A model generated the notes under the pieces. It saw only the letters and a program-made list of their open reading frames with translations, was not told where the DNA came from and did no database searches. A stretch of DNA of 64,000 bases. Origin: Chitinophagales bacterium. Its GTDB lineage: Bacteria; Bacteroidota; Bacteroidia; Chitinophagales; JADIYW01. The stretch is from positions 7,219 through 71,218 of the forward strand of contig JBGAWK010000008.1 in NCBI GenBank assembly GCA_044227665.1, read 5' to 3'. The position numbers were made by a program, and so were the translations under genes. Below are positions 47,455 through 56,879 of this stretch, one piece after another; within the stretch, counting starts at the first letter, position 1, and each line of letters starts with the position of its first letter.

Positions 47455-49305
47455 ATGAAAAAAATATTTACTTGTGTATCCATCTGTTGTCAGTTTATAC
47501 TGATGGCACAGATACCTAATTCACAATTGCGCTCCTCACTTATTCCCGAGTTTGCACCTTTCTACCATGGGGTAGCATCAGGAGATCCTACGCCTTCCGG
47601 AGTAGTGCTATGGACTAGGGTGACACCACCGTCGGTAAACTTTGGCAGCATAGATGTGCGGTGGAAAATAGCTACAGACACAGCTTTTCTCAATACGGTA
47701 AATGGAGGCATTGTAAGCACAGATTCTTCTCGAGATTACACCGTAAAAGTAGATGCTACAGGGTTACAACCCAATACTTGGTATTATTATGAATTTACTG
47801 CATTGGACAAAAACTCTCTGACAGGTAGAACCAAGACCACTCCTGAAGGTGGGGTGGAGCAACTGCGCTTTGCTGTCATGTCATGTTCCAATTATCAGGC
47901 AGGACTCTTCAACGCCTATCAAGATGTGGCACTACGCAATGATGTAGATGCTGTACTACACCTCGGTGACTATATCTATGAATATGGCAATAGCATAGGT
48001 GGACGCCGTGATGCAGACCCTTCGACAGAGATATATTCATTGGCAGACTATAGGCTGCGACATTCCTGCCATAAGCTAGATTCTATGTCTATACGTATGC
48101 ATCAGCAATACCCTATCATCGCTACTTGGGATGACCATGAGGTTGCCAATAATGCTTATGAAACTGGTGCCGACAATCATACTCCTGATGAAGGCAACTA
48201 TATGGAGCGCAAGAGCTCATCGCAAGAAGCCTACTATGAGTGGATGCCCTTGCGATATCCTGAAGAAGGTAATCATGGCAAGATATATAGGAAAATAACC
48301 TATGGAAACCTAGCAGACATCTTCGTATTGGATACACGCCACTATAGGAGAGACAGTCAGAATGTAAATCTTCGCAATGACACTTCTCACCATTTATTGG
48401 GTGTGGAGCAGATGCAATGGCTTAAACAACAGCTTATAAGCTCCAATGCACAGTGGAAAGTCCTGGCGCAGCAGGTAATGATGGGACAGCTTACACCCTT
48501 TGGCTTAGTCCTAAATCCAGATCAGTGGGACGGTTACGCCGCGGAAAGAAAAGATTTATATAATTTTATAAGAGACAACAATATAGATAATGTTATCGTG
48601 CTTACCGGCGATATTCATACAGCATGGGCTATGGACTTACCTTACAACCTGAATAATTATACGCCCAGTACTGGAGAGGGTAGTGTGGCAGTAGAATTTG
48701 TAAGTACTAGCGTGACTTCAGGTTCATCGCCTATTCCTCTTCCTCCAGTATATAATCTTATAGAAAATCTGCTGTTGCCACATATCAAATACGTGGACTT
48801 GAACAAAAAAGGATATTCACTGCTTAATCTTCAAGCGGATAAAGCTACGGGGCATTTTTATACTGTAAAAAATATTGGATTTAATACTACAGAGCAAAAT
48901 TTTGAGGAGGCATGGAGTACTAAAAATGATGCTAATCATTTGACGAAAGAGCGCAATGAAATCATAAGCAGATATGTTCCACAACTACAGCCTCCACTAG
49001 ATCCGAGAGGAATAATTACTACCCCTATAAGGAATAATATCGTCAATAATATTATCTTGGGTGCCTATCCCAATCCTTTCGCTAATTACTTTGCTGTACA
49101 GTTCAATCTCTTTGAGACTGTGGAGTCATTGCAATATGAAATCATAGATATTCAGGGACGTGTGTTGCAGTCATCAATAATTGCAAATACCAATAAAGGC
49201 TTGCATTATGAAGAAATCAATGCTTCGGACTTACCTAAAGGAAATTATATTTTCAAAATTAAAAGTGATAAAGGTGATGCCACAGTACGTATCGTTAAGC
49301 AATAA
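47455..49305 (+). CDS. phoD: alkaline phosphatase D family protein with T9SS C-terminal sorting domain
   Basis: PhoD-like N-terminus (FYHGVASGDPTPSGVVLWTR), metallophosphatase motifs (LHLGDYIYEY, WDDHEVANN, VLTGDIHTAW), and a C-terminal AYPNPFANYF...YIFKIKS type A CTD. Confidence 0.85.
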   Translation: MKKIFTCVSICCQFILMAQIPNSQLRSSLIPEFAPFYHGVASGDPTPSGVVLWTRVTPPSVNFGSIDVRWKIATDTAFLNTVNGGIVSTDSSRDYTVKVDATGLQPNTWYYYEFTALDKNSLTGRTKTTPEGGVEQLRFAVMSCSNYQAGLFNAYQDVALRNDVDAVLHLGDYIYEYGNSIGGRRDADPSTEIYSLADYRLRHSCHKLDSMSIRMHQQYPIIATWDDHEVANNAYETGADNHTPDEGNYMERKSSSQEAYYEWMPLRYPEEGNHGKIYRKITYGNLADIFVLDTRHYRRDSQNVNLRNDTSHHLLGVEQMQWLKQQLISSNAQWKVLAQQVMMGQLTPFGLVLNPDQWDGYAAERKDLYNFIRDNNIDNVIVLTGDIHTAWAMDLPYNLNNYTPSTGEGSVAVEFVSTSVTSGSSPIPLPPVYNLIENLLLPHIKYVDLNKKGYSLLNLQADKATGHFYTVKNIGFNTTEQNFEEAWSTKNDANHLTKERNEIISRYVPQLQPPLDPRGIITTPIRNNIVNNIILGAYPNPFANYFAVQFNLFETVESLQYEIIDIQGRVLQSSIIANTNKGLHYEEINASDLPKGNYIFKIKSDKGDATVRIVKQ

Positions 49306-49905
49306 ACGTTGTCATCAAATTTAGTAAGCGAACCCGTTAATATATAATATAAAATATTGACCATCAATTGTTTGAGTAGATAATATTTCGTAAATTTATG
49401 AAAATAAAACGCATAAAGCAATATGAAATTTTATTCTAGCTACTTCTAAATTTCAATAGGTATATATTGAGATTGCCTGCCTTCTCGGCAGACAGGCTTT
49501 GCTTCGCTCGTCATGATTGTTTATTTTTTTACGATTTTAAACTCAATTGCGCTTACTTGTGCCTATTCCGGACTAGGGACTACTCCATATATTGATTTGA
49601 TGTACTTCTTTTCGTGTTTGCTATTGATACCAATCCTATGGTCTCTTTGTAACGCGTTTTGTCACTTACAATTCTGCATTACTAATGCCTGTAAATGTAG
49701 TTGCAAAAGCTGTATTTTTTGCTGTCATATCTGCTTGCTTAGCAGGAAGTATTGCAATTTTAAAGTCAGTTTTCGGTAGGTAGATAACTTGGTTCTGAAC
49801 ACAGTTGCTCCTTTTATTTTGTCGTTTGAACAAATACGTTAAAAGTTACCAATACTAAAATAATAGTGAGAAGACGATGACTTAGGATAATAGAAATAGA
49901 TAAAT

Positions 49906-51621
49906 TTATACTATTATCTGGGTAATTAGTCCTTTGTTTTCTGTACTGATAAAAGTTATTTTACACTTAATAGCTCTAGCCAAATCTCCCACTATCTGCA
50001 ATCCCAAGCCATGTTTGTCGCTACTGGTGGCGGTAGGGTGAAGGATAGTTTCTAAGTTTTCGGCAGCGATGCCTGGGCCATTATCTTGAATCTGAAGTAT
50101 AATACTGTCGCCCTCTCGGTATGCTTCCCAGCTTAGAGTAGCATTGGTAGTGTGCCTCATGGCCTTGATAGCGTTGGCAGTAAGATTTTGCATAATGACT
50201 TGCATGAAATTTTCATCAGTAGTTAGATATTCTATGTCATTAGAAATAAATATCATTTCTACATTTTCTACATTGGAGAAGAACCTTTGGAGGTAGCCAA
50301 ATAAATCATTTATAGCTATAGTCTTGAAGGAGGGTTTGAAGTTTTGCATCTGTCCTTTGCTCCACAAGAGCATGGTTTCCATGGACTCCAATAAGTTTTC
50401 GGCATCGTGGATGACCTTTTCTCTATGTTTTTCTAATGCCCCTTCAGGCAGTGTGTCAGCGTGATCTTTCTGAAAGTTTAGTAGTGTGACAATATTGGCG
50501 ATAGGGCTGCGCAAGTCATGACTTATGATGCTGAAAAATTTGGTTTTGATTTGGTTTGTAGCATCGAGTTGTACATTGAGTTGCTGTAGTTTGTCATTGC
50601 TACGCTTTCTGTTGGCAGCTTGCATATACAGCAGTAATCCTATGATGCCTAATAACAGTAGTCCAGATATTAGGGCAATACGGGTGCGTTTTTGTTGGAC
50701 TATTACTGCATTTTTTTGCTGTATTTCTAGTTTGCTTTCTACTTCAGCAAGGGCATTTTTGCTCTCTTGTGAGAAGATAGAGTCTGTGGTTTCATAGTAC
50801 AACCTATAGTTGAGATATGCACCCTTGTAGTCCCCTTCCTCATATTGCAATTCTGATAATACGCCACTGAAATAGGCTTGATCCGCCTTGTCGTTAGTGC
50901 GGACTGCTAGGCGTATGGCAGCAGTCAAATAGCTTTTGGCTAGTGCTATATTTTCAGCCTTTGTAGCAGGGATGATATCAGAAATTCGACTCAGGCTGTC
51001 ATATATATATTGGATGACGATATCCTTGTATGAAGTACCGATATTGCCTTTGTTGATGATATTGCTAGTACTTAATTCTGTATAATAGCTGTCTGCTGCC
51101 AAGGCATACTCCAATTTTTTGATAAAATTATTTTCAAAAGTGATGCTATAATTGCTATAGAACTTGCCAAGCAAGTTGCTGTCTAGGTCTTGTATCGTTT
51201 TGTATAAAGTTTCTGCATATCCATAGGCATTTTTGGCACTGTCTATATTGCCTTCTACAAGAAATATATCGCCTAAATATTTGTGATAATTGGCAGCATA
51301 CAAAGTATCTTTTTTGTTGAGCAGGTAAGATTTTGTGTAATAATATCGGGCTTTTTTAAAATTATTTTGATGGAAAAAAATTTTACCCATCATCGTATAG
51401 CTTTCGTACAATATGTCGTCGTAGTGGTGTTTTTCACCTATTGCAATGGCTTTGATGAGCATCATGGATGCAGGGATGTACTGTGACGACAGCATATATT
51501 TAGCAGCGGAAGTGTTATATTGCAATGCCTGTTCTTTGGACGTTATAGAGGCATGAGTAGTAGTATAGCCTATAATAATGCAGACCCAAATATAGCTACG
51601 AAAAAAACTACTTCTTACCAT
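49906..51621 (-). CDS. TPR-repeat sensor histidine kinase
   Basis: Signal or TM segment, then a ~300-aa TPR-like region, a TM helix (IALISGLLLLGIIGLLLY), a coiled coil, an H-box FFSIISHDLRSP, and HATPase motifs (QNLTANAIK, DNGPGI, GLGLQIV). Confidence 0.85.
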   Translation of the reverse strand: MVRSSFFRSYIWVCIIIGYTTTHASITSKEQALQYNTSAAKYMLSSQYIPASMMLIKAIAIGEKHHYDDILYESYTMMGKIFFHQNNFKKARYYYTKSYLLNKKDTLYAANYHKYLGDIFLVEGNIDSAKNAYGYAETLYKTIQDLDSNLLGKFYSNYSITFENNFIKKLEYALAADSYYTELSTSNIINKGNIGTSYKDIVIQYIYDSLSRISDIIPATKAENIALAKSYLTAAIRLAVRTNDKADQAYFSGVLSELQYEEGDYKGAYLNYRLYYETTDSIFSQESKNALAEVESKLEIQQKNAVIVQQKRTRIALISGLLLLGIIGLLLYMQAANRKRSNDKLQQLNVQLDATNQIKTKFFSIISHDLRSPIANIVTLLNFQKDHADTLPEGALEKHREKVIHDAENLLESMETMLLWSKGQMQNFKPSFKTIAINDLFGYLQRFFSNVENVEMIFISNDIEYLTTDENFMQVIMQNLTANAIKAMRHTTNATLSWEAYREGDSIILQIQDNGPGIAAENLETILHPTATSSDKHGLGLQIVGDLARAIKCKITFISTENKGLITQIIV

Positions 51622-52313
51622 GATATTGTATCTTTGTAGCTTCTGCCTATAGGCAGAATTGTATTGCCGACATATACTTCATGTGTACTTATTTTTTGTA
51701 CTTTATGTCTAGCTACAGCATAGCTGCGGTGTATGCGCACAAACTTGTCAAATGGATGTCGAGACAGGAGATTGCCCAAGCTGCTCAAGATGATGTTGTA
51801 GGCAGAGGTAGTCACGATTTTGGTATAATCCTTATACGCTTCCAGATATAGGATGTCGTAAGTATGTATCTTAATCTTGTCGTTGCCATCTTTGATGTAT
51901 ATGATATCCGAACCTAGTTCTTCGTCCAGTAGTTGAGCCTTGGTTTTGATGTTCAAGTATTCGGAGATACGAAGTAGGGTGCTGGCGAAACGGTCTTTGG
52001 TAATAGGTTTGACGATAAAGTCTAGGGCATTTTTTTCAAAACTTTCCAAAGCATATTCAGGATAGGCAGATATAAACACACATACAGGCACTGTCATAAG
52101 CATACTTCGCAACTCCAATCCTGATATCTTACCCATATCTATGTCTAAAAATAGGATGTCGGGCAAATTATCAATATGGTATTTCAATACGTCTTCTGCG
52201 CTGTTATACTCCCCCATAATCTCAAGGGTAGAATTGGTTTTAAGCAAATGTCGAAGCATAAGCCTGTCCAACTCATTGTCGTCAGCTAGTACACAAGTGT
52301 ATTTTTTTGACAT
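51615..52313 (-). CDS. LytTR family response regulator
   Basis: Receiver domain (VLADDNELDR ... FLDIDMG ... VKP) plus a LytTR DNA-binding domain (FVRIHRSYAV). The stop overlaps the kinase start (ATGGTAA). Confidence 0.9.
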   Translation of the reverse strand: MSKKYTCVLADDNELDRLMLRHLLKTNSTLEIMGEYNSAEDVLKYHIDNLPDILFLDIDMGKISGLELRSMLMTVPVCVFISAYPEYALESFEKNALDFIVKPITKDRFASTLLRISEYLNIKTKAQLLDEELGSDIIYIKDGNDKIKIHTYDILYLEAYKDYTKIVTTSAYNIILSSLGNLLSRHPFDKFVRIHRSYAVARHKVQKISTHEVYVGNTILPIGRSYKDTISW

Positions 52314-52339
52314 ATATTAAAATCTTTAAAAATAATACA

Positions 52340-52379
52340 AAAAATGCTGTTCGTCTATTAAAAATGTTGTTTGTCGATA
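52340..52379. promoter_or_regulatory. tandem imperfect 20-bp direct repeat, candidate LytTR binding site
   Basis: aaaaatgctgttcgtctatt is followed directly by aaaaatgttgtttgtcgata, with 16 of 20 positions identical. Both share the core GTTnGT. The repeat lies between the divergent regulator and lipoprotein operons. Confidence 0.4.
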
Positions 52380-52429
52380 GGCTGTTGTACCTATATGTGT
52401 TTATATAAAAATTTGTGTATTCAATTTAT

Positions 52430-52954
52430 ATGCGCTCAAAAAATGTGATTATACTAACGCTGACCTGCTGGATGCTGCTCTCTTGTGCTACAAAGTCCAA
52501 AAGCAACACCTCTGCTGATACCTCCCGGGAAAATATCTTGTATATGCAAATAGATGGGGTGGAATGGAGTGCAGATAGTGATATTTTTGGCAGCTACCAT
52601 TTTTCAGAAGAGCTAGGGCCCAAAATCATCAATATTGCTGGAACGAAGGGTGTTGGAGGAACTCAGCAAGCATTTAATATCAACTTGTTCAATACGGATA
52701 AAGAGGGTATCTATACCGTAAATATTCCAGATAATTCTACGGCTACTTCCTATCAGAATGTGGCTCAAATGGGCAACTATACACCTGCCAACTATCTGTG
52801 TGGCGGCACTATGCAAGGAAGTCAGCTTACAGTAAATGTGACCAAAGTTTCTAAAAACCCACAAATTATAGAAGCTACATTTAGTGGCAAGATGCAATGC
52901 GTACAAGGCAGTGTATTACAAATTACAGATGGCAAATTTTATTACCATGAATAA
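52430..52954 (+). CDS. hypothetical lipoprotein 1
   Basis: Lipobox LLSCATKS, about 175 aa and beta-rich. ATG 52430 is preferred over GTG 52415. Confidence 0.55.
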   Translation: MRSKNVIILTLTCWMLLSCATKSKSNTSADTSRENILYMQIDGVEWSADSDIFGSYHFSEELGPKIINIAGTKGVGGTQQAFNINLFNTDKEGIYTVNIPDNSTATSYQNVAQMGNYTPANYLCGGTMQGSQLTVNVTKVSKNPQIIEATFSGKMQCVQGSVLQITDGKFYYHE

Positions 52955-53462
52955 ATATATTAGAATAAGAAATTTAGCAGTTGGCATACTAATGTCGGCA
53001 ATATTTTTTTCCTGTAAAAAGGAAGAGAATGTAATGGTAAATACACACCCGTTCAAAGGGACGGTAAGATTATATGAAACTAAAAGGAATTATACTTTGA
53101 AGTATTATTTCAATGTTGAACCTGGATTGTATATAACCTTAGGTACAGAAGAATTAATAGAGTTATTACCGGGGAAAAATCCAAATCAGTATTATATTCG
53201 ACCTAAGGATCATCCAGAATGGTGTTTAGATTATAGTGCTAAAAACAACTATTACATAAAACTATATCCATACGTAGGCAATGAGGCGCAATTATTCAAT
53301 ATAATGGAAGCAGGGAAAGATTTAGTGACTATACAATGTGTCGTTGACACTTCCCTCTATTTGCTCAATAACTCTGATTATATATCAGCAGGGCCTAGTA
53401 GTTACTTAAAACCAAGAGGTTCATATAGTTCCTTGGATACTTGGAAGATTGAAATTCTATAA
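52947..53462 (+). CDS. hypothetical lipoprotein 2 (possible beta-trefoil-like)
   Basis: Lipobox IFFSCKKEE. The ATG overlaps the previous stop (ATGAATAA). Repeated QYYIRP / NYYIKLYP / QLFNI / DTWKIE-type segments are present. Confidence 0.5.
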   Translation: MNKYIRIRNLAVGILMSAIFFSCKKEENVMVNTHPFKGTVRLYETKRNYTLKYYFNVEPGLYITLGTEELIELLPGKNPNQYYIRPKDHPEWCLDYSAKNNYYIKLYPYVGNEAQLFNIMEAGKDLVTIQCVVDTSLYLLNNSDYISAGPSSYLKPRGSYSSLDTWKIEIL

Positions 53463-53480
53463 CTTTTTAATTATATATAT

Positions 53481-54086
53481 ATGAAAAAAATCATCATCAA
53501 CACAGCTTTATTAGCATTATCCCTTCTTACATCATGCAGTAAAGAAGACGACAAAAAAGTGGACAGCAAGCCCGTACAGTCATTTCCTTCAGTAGTACTG
53601 AGCAATCAATCAGCGGCATCTTATAACTGTTTCCTGACTTTTGATTCCTGTAAGGTGCGTACGCTCACACAAGCAGCAGCCAATCAAGGCACTACCGATT
53701 TAGTATTCCTGCACAACAACCCCGACAATCTAGCCATGTTTGTGTCTCCTGCATCTATAAGCACAGCAGTTACTATTGCTCCGGGAATATATGGATTCTT
53801 TTCTGTAGGTATCACCAATTGGACTACCAAAAATTCTATGCAAATAGGTGTCACAGATATTACAGTAGGCGGGTTCAACAGCATAGCTACCAATGGAGAC
53901 CTGCACAATGCCTACGACAATGACCCACATGTCACCATAGGGTGGGAGATAGATATTACGCCTAATAAGGTATATAAGTTTACCTCCAATAGAACAGGGA
54001 AAAGGGGGCTAATAAAGGTGAATTCTATAAACGGCAACTACAATACGTCAGGACAAATTAATATGGATATTAAAATGATAAACTAA
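53481..54086 (+). CDS. hypothetical lipoprotein 3
   Basis: Lipobox LLTSCSKEDD. 201 aa. Confidence 0.55.
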   Translation: MKKIIINTALLALSLLTSCSKEDDKKVDSKPVQSFPSVVLSNQSAASYNCFLTFDSCKVRTLTQAAANQGTTDLVFLHNNPDNLAMFVSPASISTAVTIAPGIYGFFSVGITNWTTKNSMQIGVTDITVGGFNSIATNGDLHNAYDNDPHVTIGWEIDITPNKVYKFTSNRTGKRGLIKVNSINGNYNTSGQINMDIKMIN

Positions 54087-54091
54087 TAGTT

Positions 54092-54544
54092 ATGAAGCTG
54101 AAAATCACGCTGATATTGACAGCCTTTGCTTTGCTTTCGGTAAGTTGTAAGAAAGATGAAGCTAAAACTTTTTATAAATCAAAGCTAATAAACAAAAATT
54201 GGAAATCCTTAGCATTTAAAATTGATGGTATAAGAGAAGATAAATGGTGCTGGAAAAATAGTATATATAACTTTTACGAAGATGGAAATATGTTTATCAC
54301 CGAAGGAAATAATGAAGGTGTTTGCTTAGGCACTGTGATAGGCAGAATAAAAAAATATAGCTATACTCTTTCTTCTGATGAAAAAGTGTTAGTCGTACAA
54401 TATAATATAGGATATCCTGATGAACTAGATACTTTTATGATTCAATCTATTTCCGAGACAAGCCTGAATATGAAAAGAATAGTGAACAAACTCTCTATGC
54501 CTCCCGGTGAGGCATGGGAAGATGAATTTACGGCAATACCATAA
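54092..54544 (+). CDS. hypothetical lipoprotein 4 (lipocalin-like)
   Basis: Lipobox LLSVSCKKDE, with an NKNWKSLAFKIDG-type start typical of small lipocalin-like lipoproteins. 150 aa. Confidence 0.55.
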   Translation: MKLKITLILTAFALLSVSCKKDEAKTFYKSKLINKNWKSLAFKIDGIREDKWCWKNSIYNFYEDGNMFITEGNNEGVCLGTVIGRIKKYSYTLSSDEKVLVVQYNIGYPDELDTFMIQSISETSLNMKRIVNKLSMPPGEAWEDEFTAIP

Positions 54545-54559
54545 TAAATTTTTCAAATT

Positions 54560-55420
54560 ATGATAAAAAATATGCTATATGTCGCAACTGTACTTTTGAT
54601 AGTATCTTGTGGTAAAGACAAAATCATCTCTAATGTGCCTACCCCTAGTCAGATTTCTTCTAGGACAGTATTGTACGATGTAAATAATCCCTTCGAGGGC
54701 AACGATGACGACTATTGCTTTATGCTGCTAGGTGCGGATAATTCGGCACAAAAGAAATATTTTAAAGCCAAGATGATAGATGTAGTAAGCGATTCTATGC
54801 AAATAACAGAAGGGCCTTATACACTAGATAGTCTCATAGATGTAAGTACTTTTCCGGGATATATTAAGTCAGCAAATTCGGGAAGTTATTTGTCGGATTT
54901 TGTTTTTGCAGATAGCATACGTATCCGACAGGTTGGTATAAATGCTCAGGGTAAGCGTATGTACTCATCTTCTAGCTGGAGTAGTGCTAACATCATAAAA
55001 TCTTATACCAATGGAGCTCAAGTAGAAGGTACTACCATATTGAATTATATCAAAATACCCACTGCTTCTGGAGGATATTTGGGCTATGAAGTACATTTCT
55101 TTTTTGATATTGGAAAATGCTATGTATATGGCACTACATCTAGTAGTGGCGGTGCGCCAGATAGTCATGTATTAGAAGATATTTCTACTGTGATAGGTGC
55201 TAGTTACGATTGGAAAAATGTAGATAATTATTTTCAAGTTCCAGGACCTTCTGCTACCACAGTACACTATTTTATAGACTATAAAAATTGGAGATACTTC
55301 CGTATCAAAGAATCATATACCTCTGTACCCGGAACGCCAGGAGGGCAACATGCCATAGAATATGGTGCCTACAAAAGCTTGGATAAGCTCCTGAAATGGC
55401 CAGAGGAATGGAAAAAATAA
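54560..55420 (+). CDS. hypothetical lipoprotein 5
   Basis: Lipobox LLIVSCGKDK. 286 aa. Confidence 0.55.
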   Translation: MIKNMLYVATVLLIVSCGKDKIISNVPTPSQISSRTVLYDVNNPFEGNDDDYCFMLLGADNSAQKKYFKAKMIDVVSDSMQITEGPYTLDSLIDVSTFPGYIKSANSGSYLSDFVFADSIRIRQVGINAQGKRMYSSSSWSSANIIKSYTNGAQVEGTTILNYIKIPTASGGYLGYEVHFFFDIGKCYVYGTTSSSGGAPDSHVLEDISTVIGASYDWKNVDNYFQVPGPSATTVHYFIDYKNWRYFRIKESYTSVPGTPGGQHAIEYGAYKSLDKLLKWPEEWKK

Positions 55421-55453
55421 ATATAAAGTATTTGGTTAGCGGATATTACAATT

Positions 55454-55480
55454 GTTGGGCGGCACGTAGTGCCGCCCAAC
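55454..55480. terminator. GC-rich bidirectional terminator hairpin
   Basis: gttgggcggcac-gta-gtgccgcccaac, a perfect 12-bp GC-rich stem with a 3-nt loop, flanked by attTTG / tgaTTTTg. It lies between convergent operons. Confidence 0.75.
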
Positions 55481-55643
55481 TGATTTTGTGCAGGATTATG
55501 TAAAAAATATCGTTTTTGCAAATTTGTATCTTATAAAATAATGCCTTTGAGGATTATGCAAACCATAAAAATTATTAGAGGGATTTCAAAAAATCTAATT
55601 CAGCATAGAATAAGACTTTTCAGTATATAGGCATAATGGTAGG

Positions 55644-56879
55644 CTATAAGTTCGGAGAGGAGATAATCTTATCAAATATTTCTGTGGCTATAATCTTACT
55701 GTTCTTCAGGGTCATTCCATTGGTGATGTCAATAAATCCAATCTTACATTTTTTTCCTAAGTTATCATAGTGAAAATGTCCAAAGCCACTGTCCTGCTGA
55801 TTTGTTTTTGGATACAGTAGCAAGCTTCTTTCTGCTTTCCAATGTAGATTATATACAAACATTTGTTTTAAATCCTCATCGGATGGATGGGCAGCATCTG
55901 TAATTTTCCATTTAGTGTCTATAATGTATGTTTCGTTATTGTGCTTTAATACTATATCGGGTCTAATCTTTTTGCTTTCCCAGAATCTGTCGGCACTTTG
56001 GAAGTTGATTTCCATAGTTTCTGTTCTGTGTTTGTGAAGTATTCTGAAGATATATTCTTCCCAGAGCACATTCATGTCAAACAATAAAGTAAGTAGATGC
56101 TCATTTCCATAGGTTAGGCTGGGGGAATAGTTCAAGATGATAATTTTTGCTATGTCTATAGCTCTTTGATAGTCATGATTTTTTCTATCTAAAATTATTT
56201 TTTCAAAATGATTTTTCTGTATAGGAATTTTGGCAATATCCTGAAATTCAAATAATAAGCGATTTAATTTGTCTGCCAAGGACTCGGATACAAAATTTTT
56301 TAAGACCAATAATCCTTTATAAAGAATTTGATGGATTAGATGATTTTTGTTATAGACTACATGTTCGCAATAGAAGTATTCTTTATGCACTAAATTCTGC
56401 TGAATATTCTGGGCAAACAGCAGTTTTCCTTTCAGGGCAGGTTGTTTGGAGTGATTTTTACTATACTTTTTTATCAGCCCTTTTTTTACAAGTCTTTCTA
56501 TTTCTATAATGTATAGTTGAAAATAAATATCTAGAATAGAATGGGGTCTCTTCTTGAGCTGTGTTTCAGATATGGAGGCTACTTGGATATTTTTGCAGAC
56601 TTTCAGCATATTTAATAGTACATTTTGCCATAGATTCTTGTCTGCATCATCATTATTATCGGCTTTTGGGAGGATTTCTATCGTGAGCCCTCCAATCTGT
56701 ATTACGCCTACATGATTTCCAAATCGAATACCTTTATGGATGATGGAAAAGTATTTGTTTTGGTGTAATTCATTGAATCGAACCATAGCCTCGAAGTGAG
56801 GCTTGCGAAATGCCCCATTATCATCATATCGCAGTTTTTGATACTCAAATACTTGTATATACTTTTTGTTGGACATCAT
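55644..56879 (-). CDS. mcrC: McrC-like nuclease subunit of a McrBC type IV restriction system
   Basis: 411 aa located directly after the McrB stop (TAA then ATG). C-terminal PD-(D/E)xK-like motif RPDIVLKHNNETYIIDTKWK. Confidence 0.8.
   Translation of the reverse strand: MMSNKKYIQVFEYQKLRYDDNGAFRKPHFEAMVRFNELHQNKYFSIIHKGIRFGNHVGVIQIGGLTIEILPKADNNDDADKNLWQNVLLNMLKVCKNIQVASISETQLKKRPHSILDIYFQLYIIEIERLVKKGLIKKYSKNHSKQPALKGKLLFAQNIQQNLVHKEYFYCEHVVYNKNHLIHQILYKGLLVLKNFVSESLADKLNRLLFEFQDIAKIPIQKNHFEKIILDRKNHDYQRAIDIAKIIILNYSPSLTYGNEHLLTLLFDMNVLWEEYIFRILHKHRTETMEINFQSADRFWESKKIRPDIVLKHNNETYIIDTKWKITDAAHPSDEDLKQMFVYNLHWKAERSLLLYPKTNQQDSGFGHFHYDNLGKKCKIGFIDITNGMTLKNSKIIATEIFDKIISSPNL

Noticed and set aside
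49513-49779. An 88-aa Cys-rich ORF (…CKCSCKSCIFCCHICLL…) that could be taken for a bacteriocin or metallothionein-like peptide.
   Set aside because: It has no ribosome-binding or promoter context and starts inside the GC-rich palindromic element. Its composition is what T/G-rich non-coding DNA gives in that frame, and fragments on the opposite strand look more gene-like. It is kept only as part of the gene-desert finding.
55492-55558. The 9-mer AGGATTATG is repeated 58 bp apart, downstream of the bidirectional terminator.
   Set aside because: It is short, is not positioned relative to any promoter I can define, and has no symmetry. It is probably coincidental.
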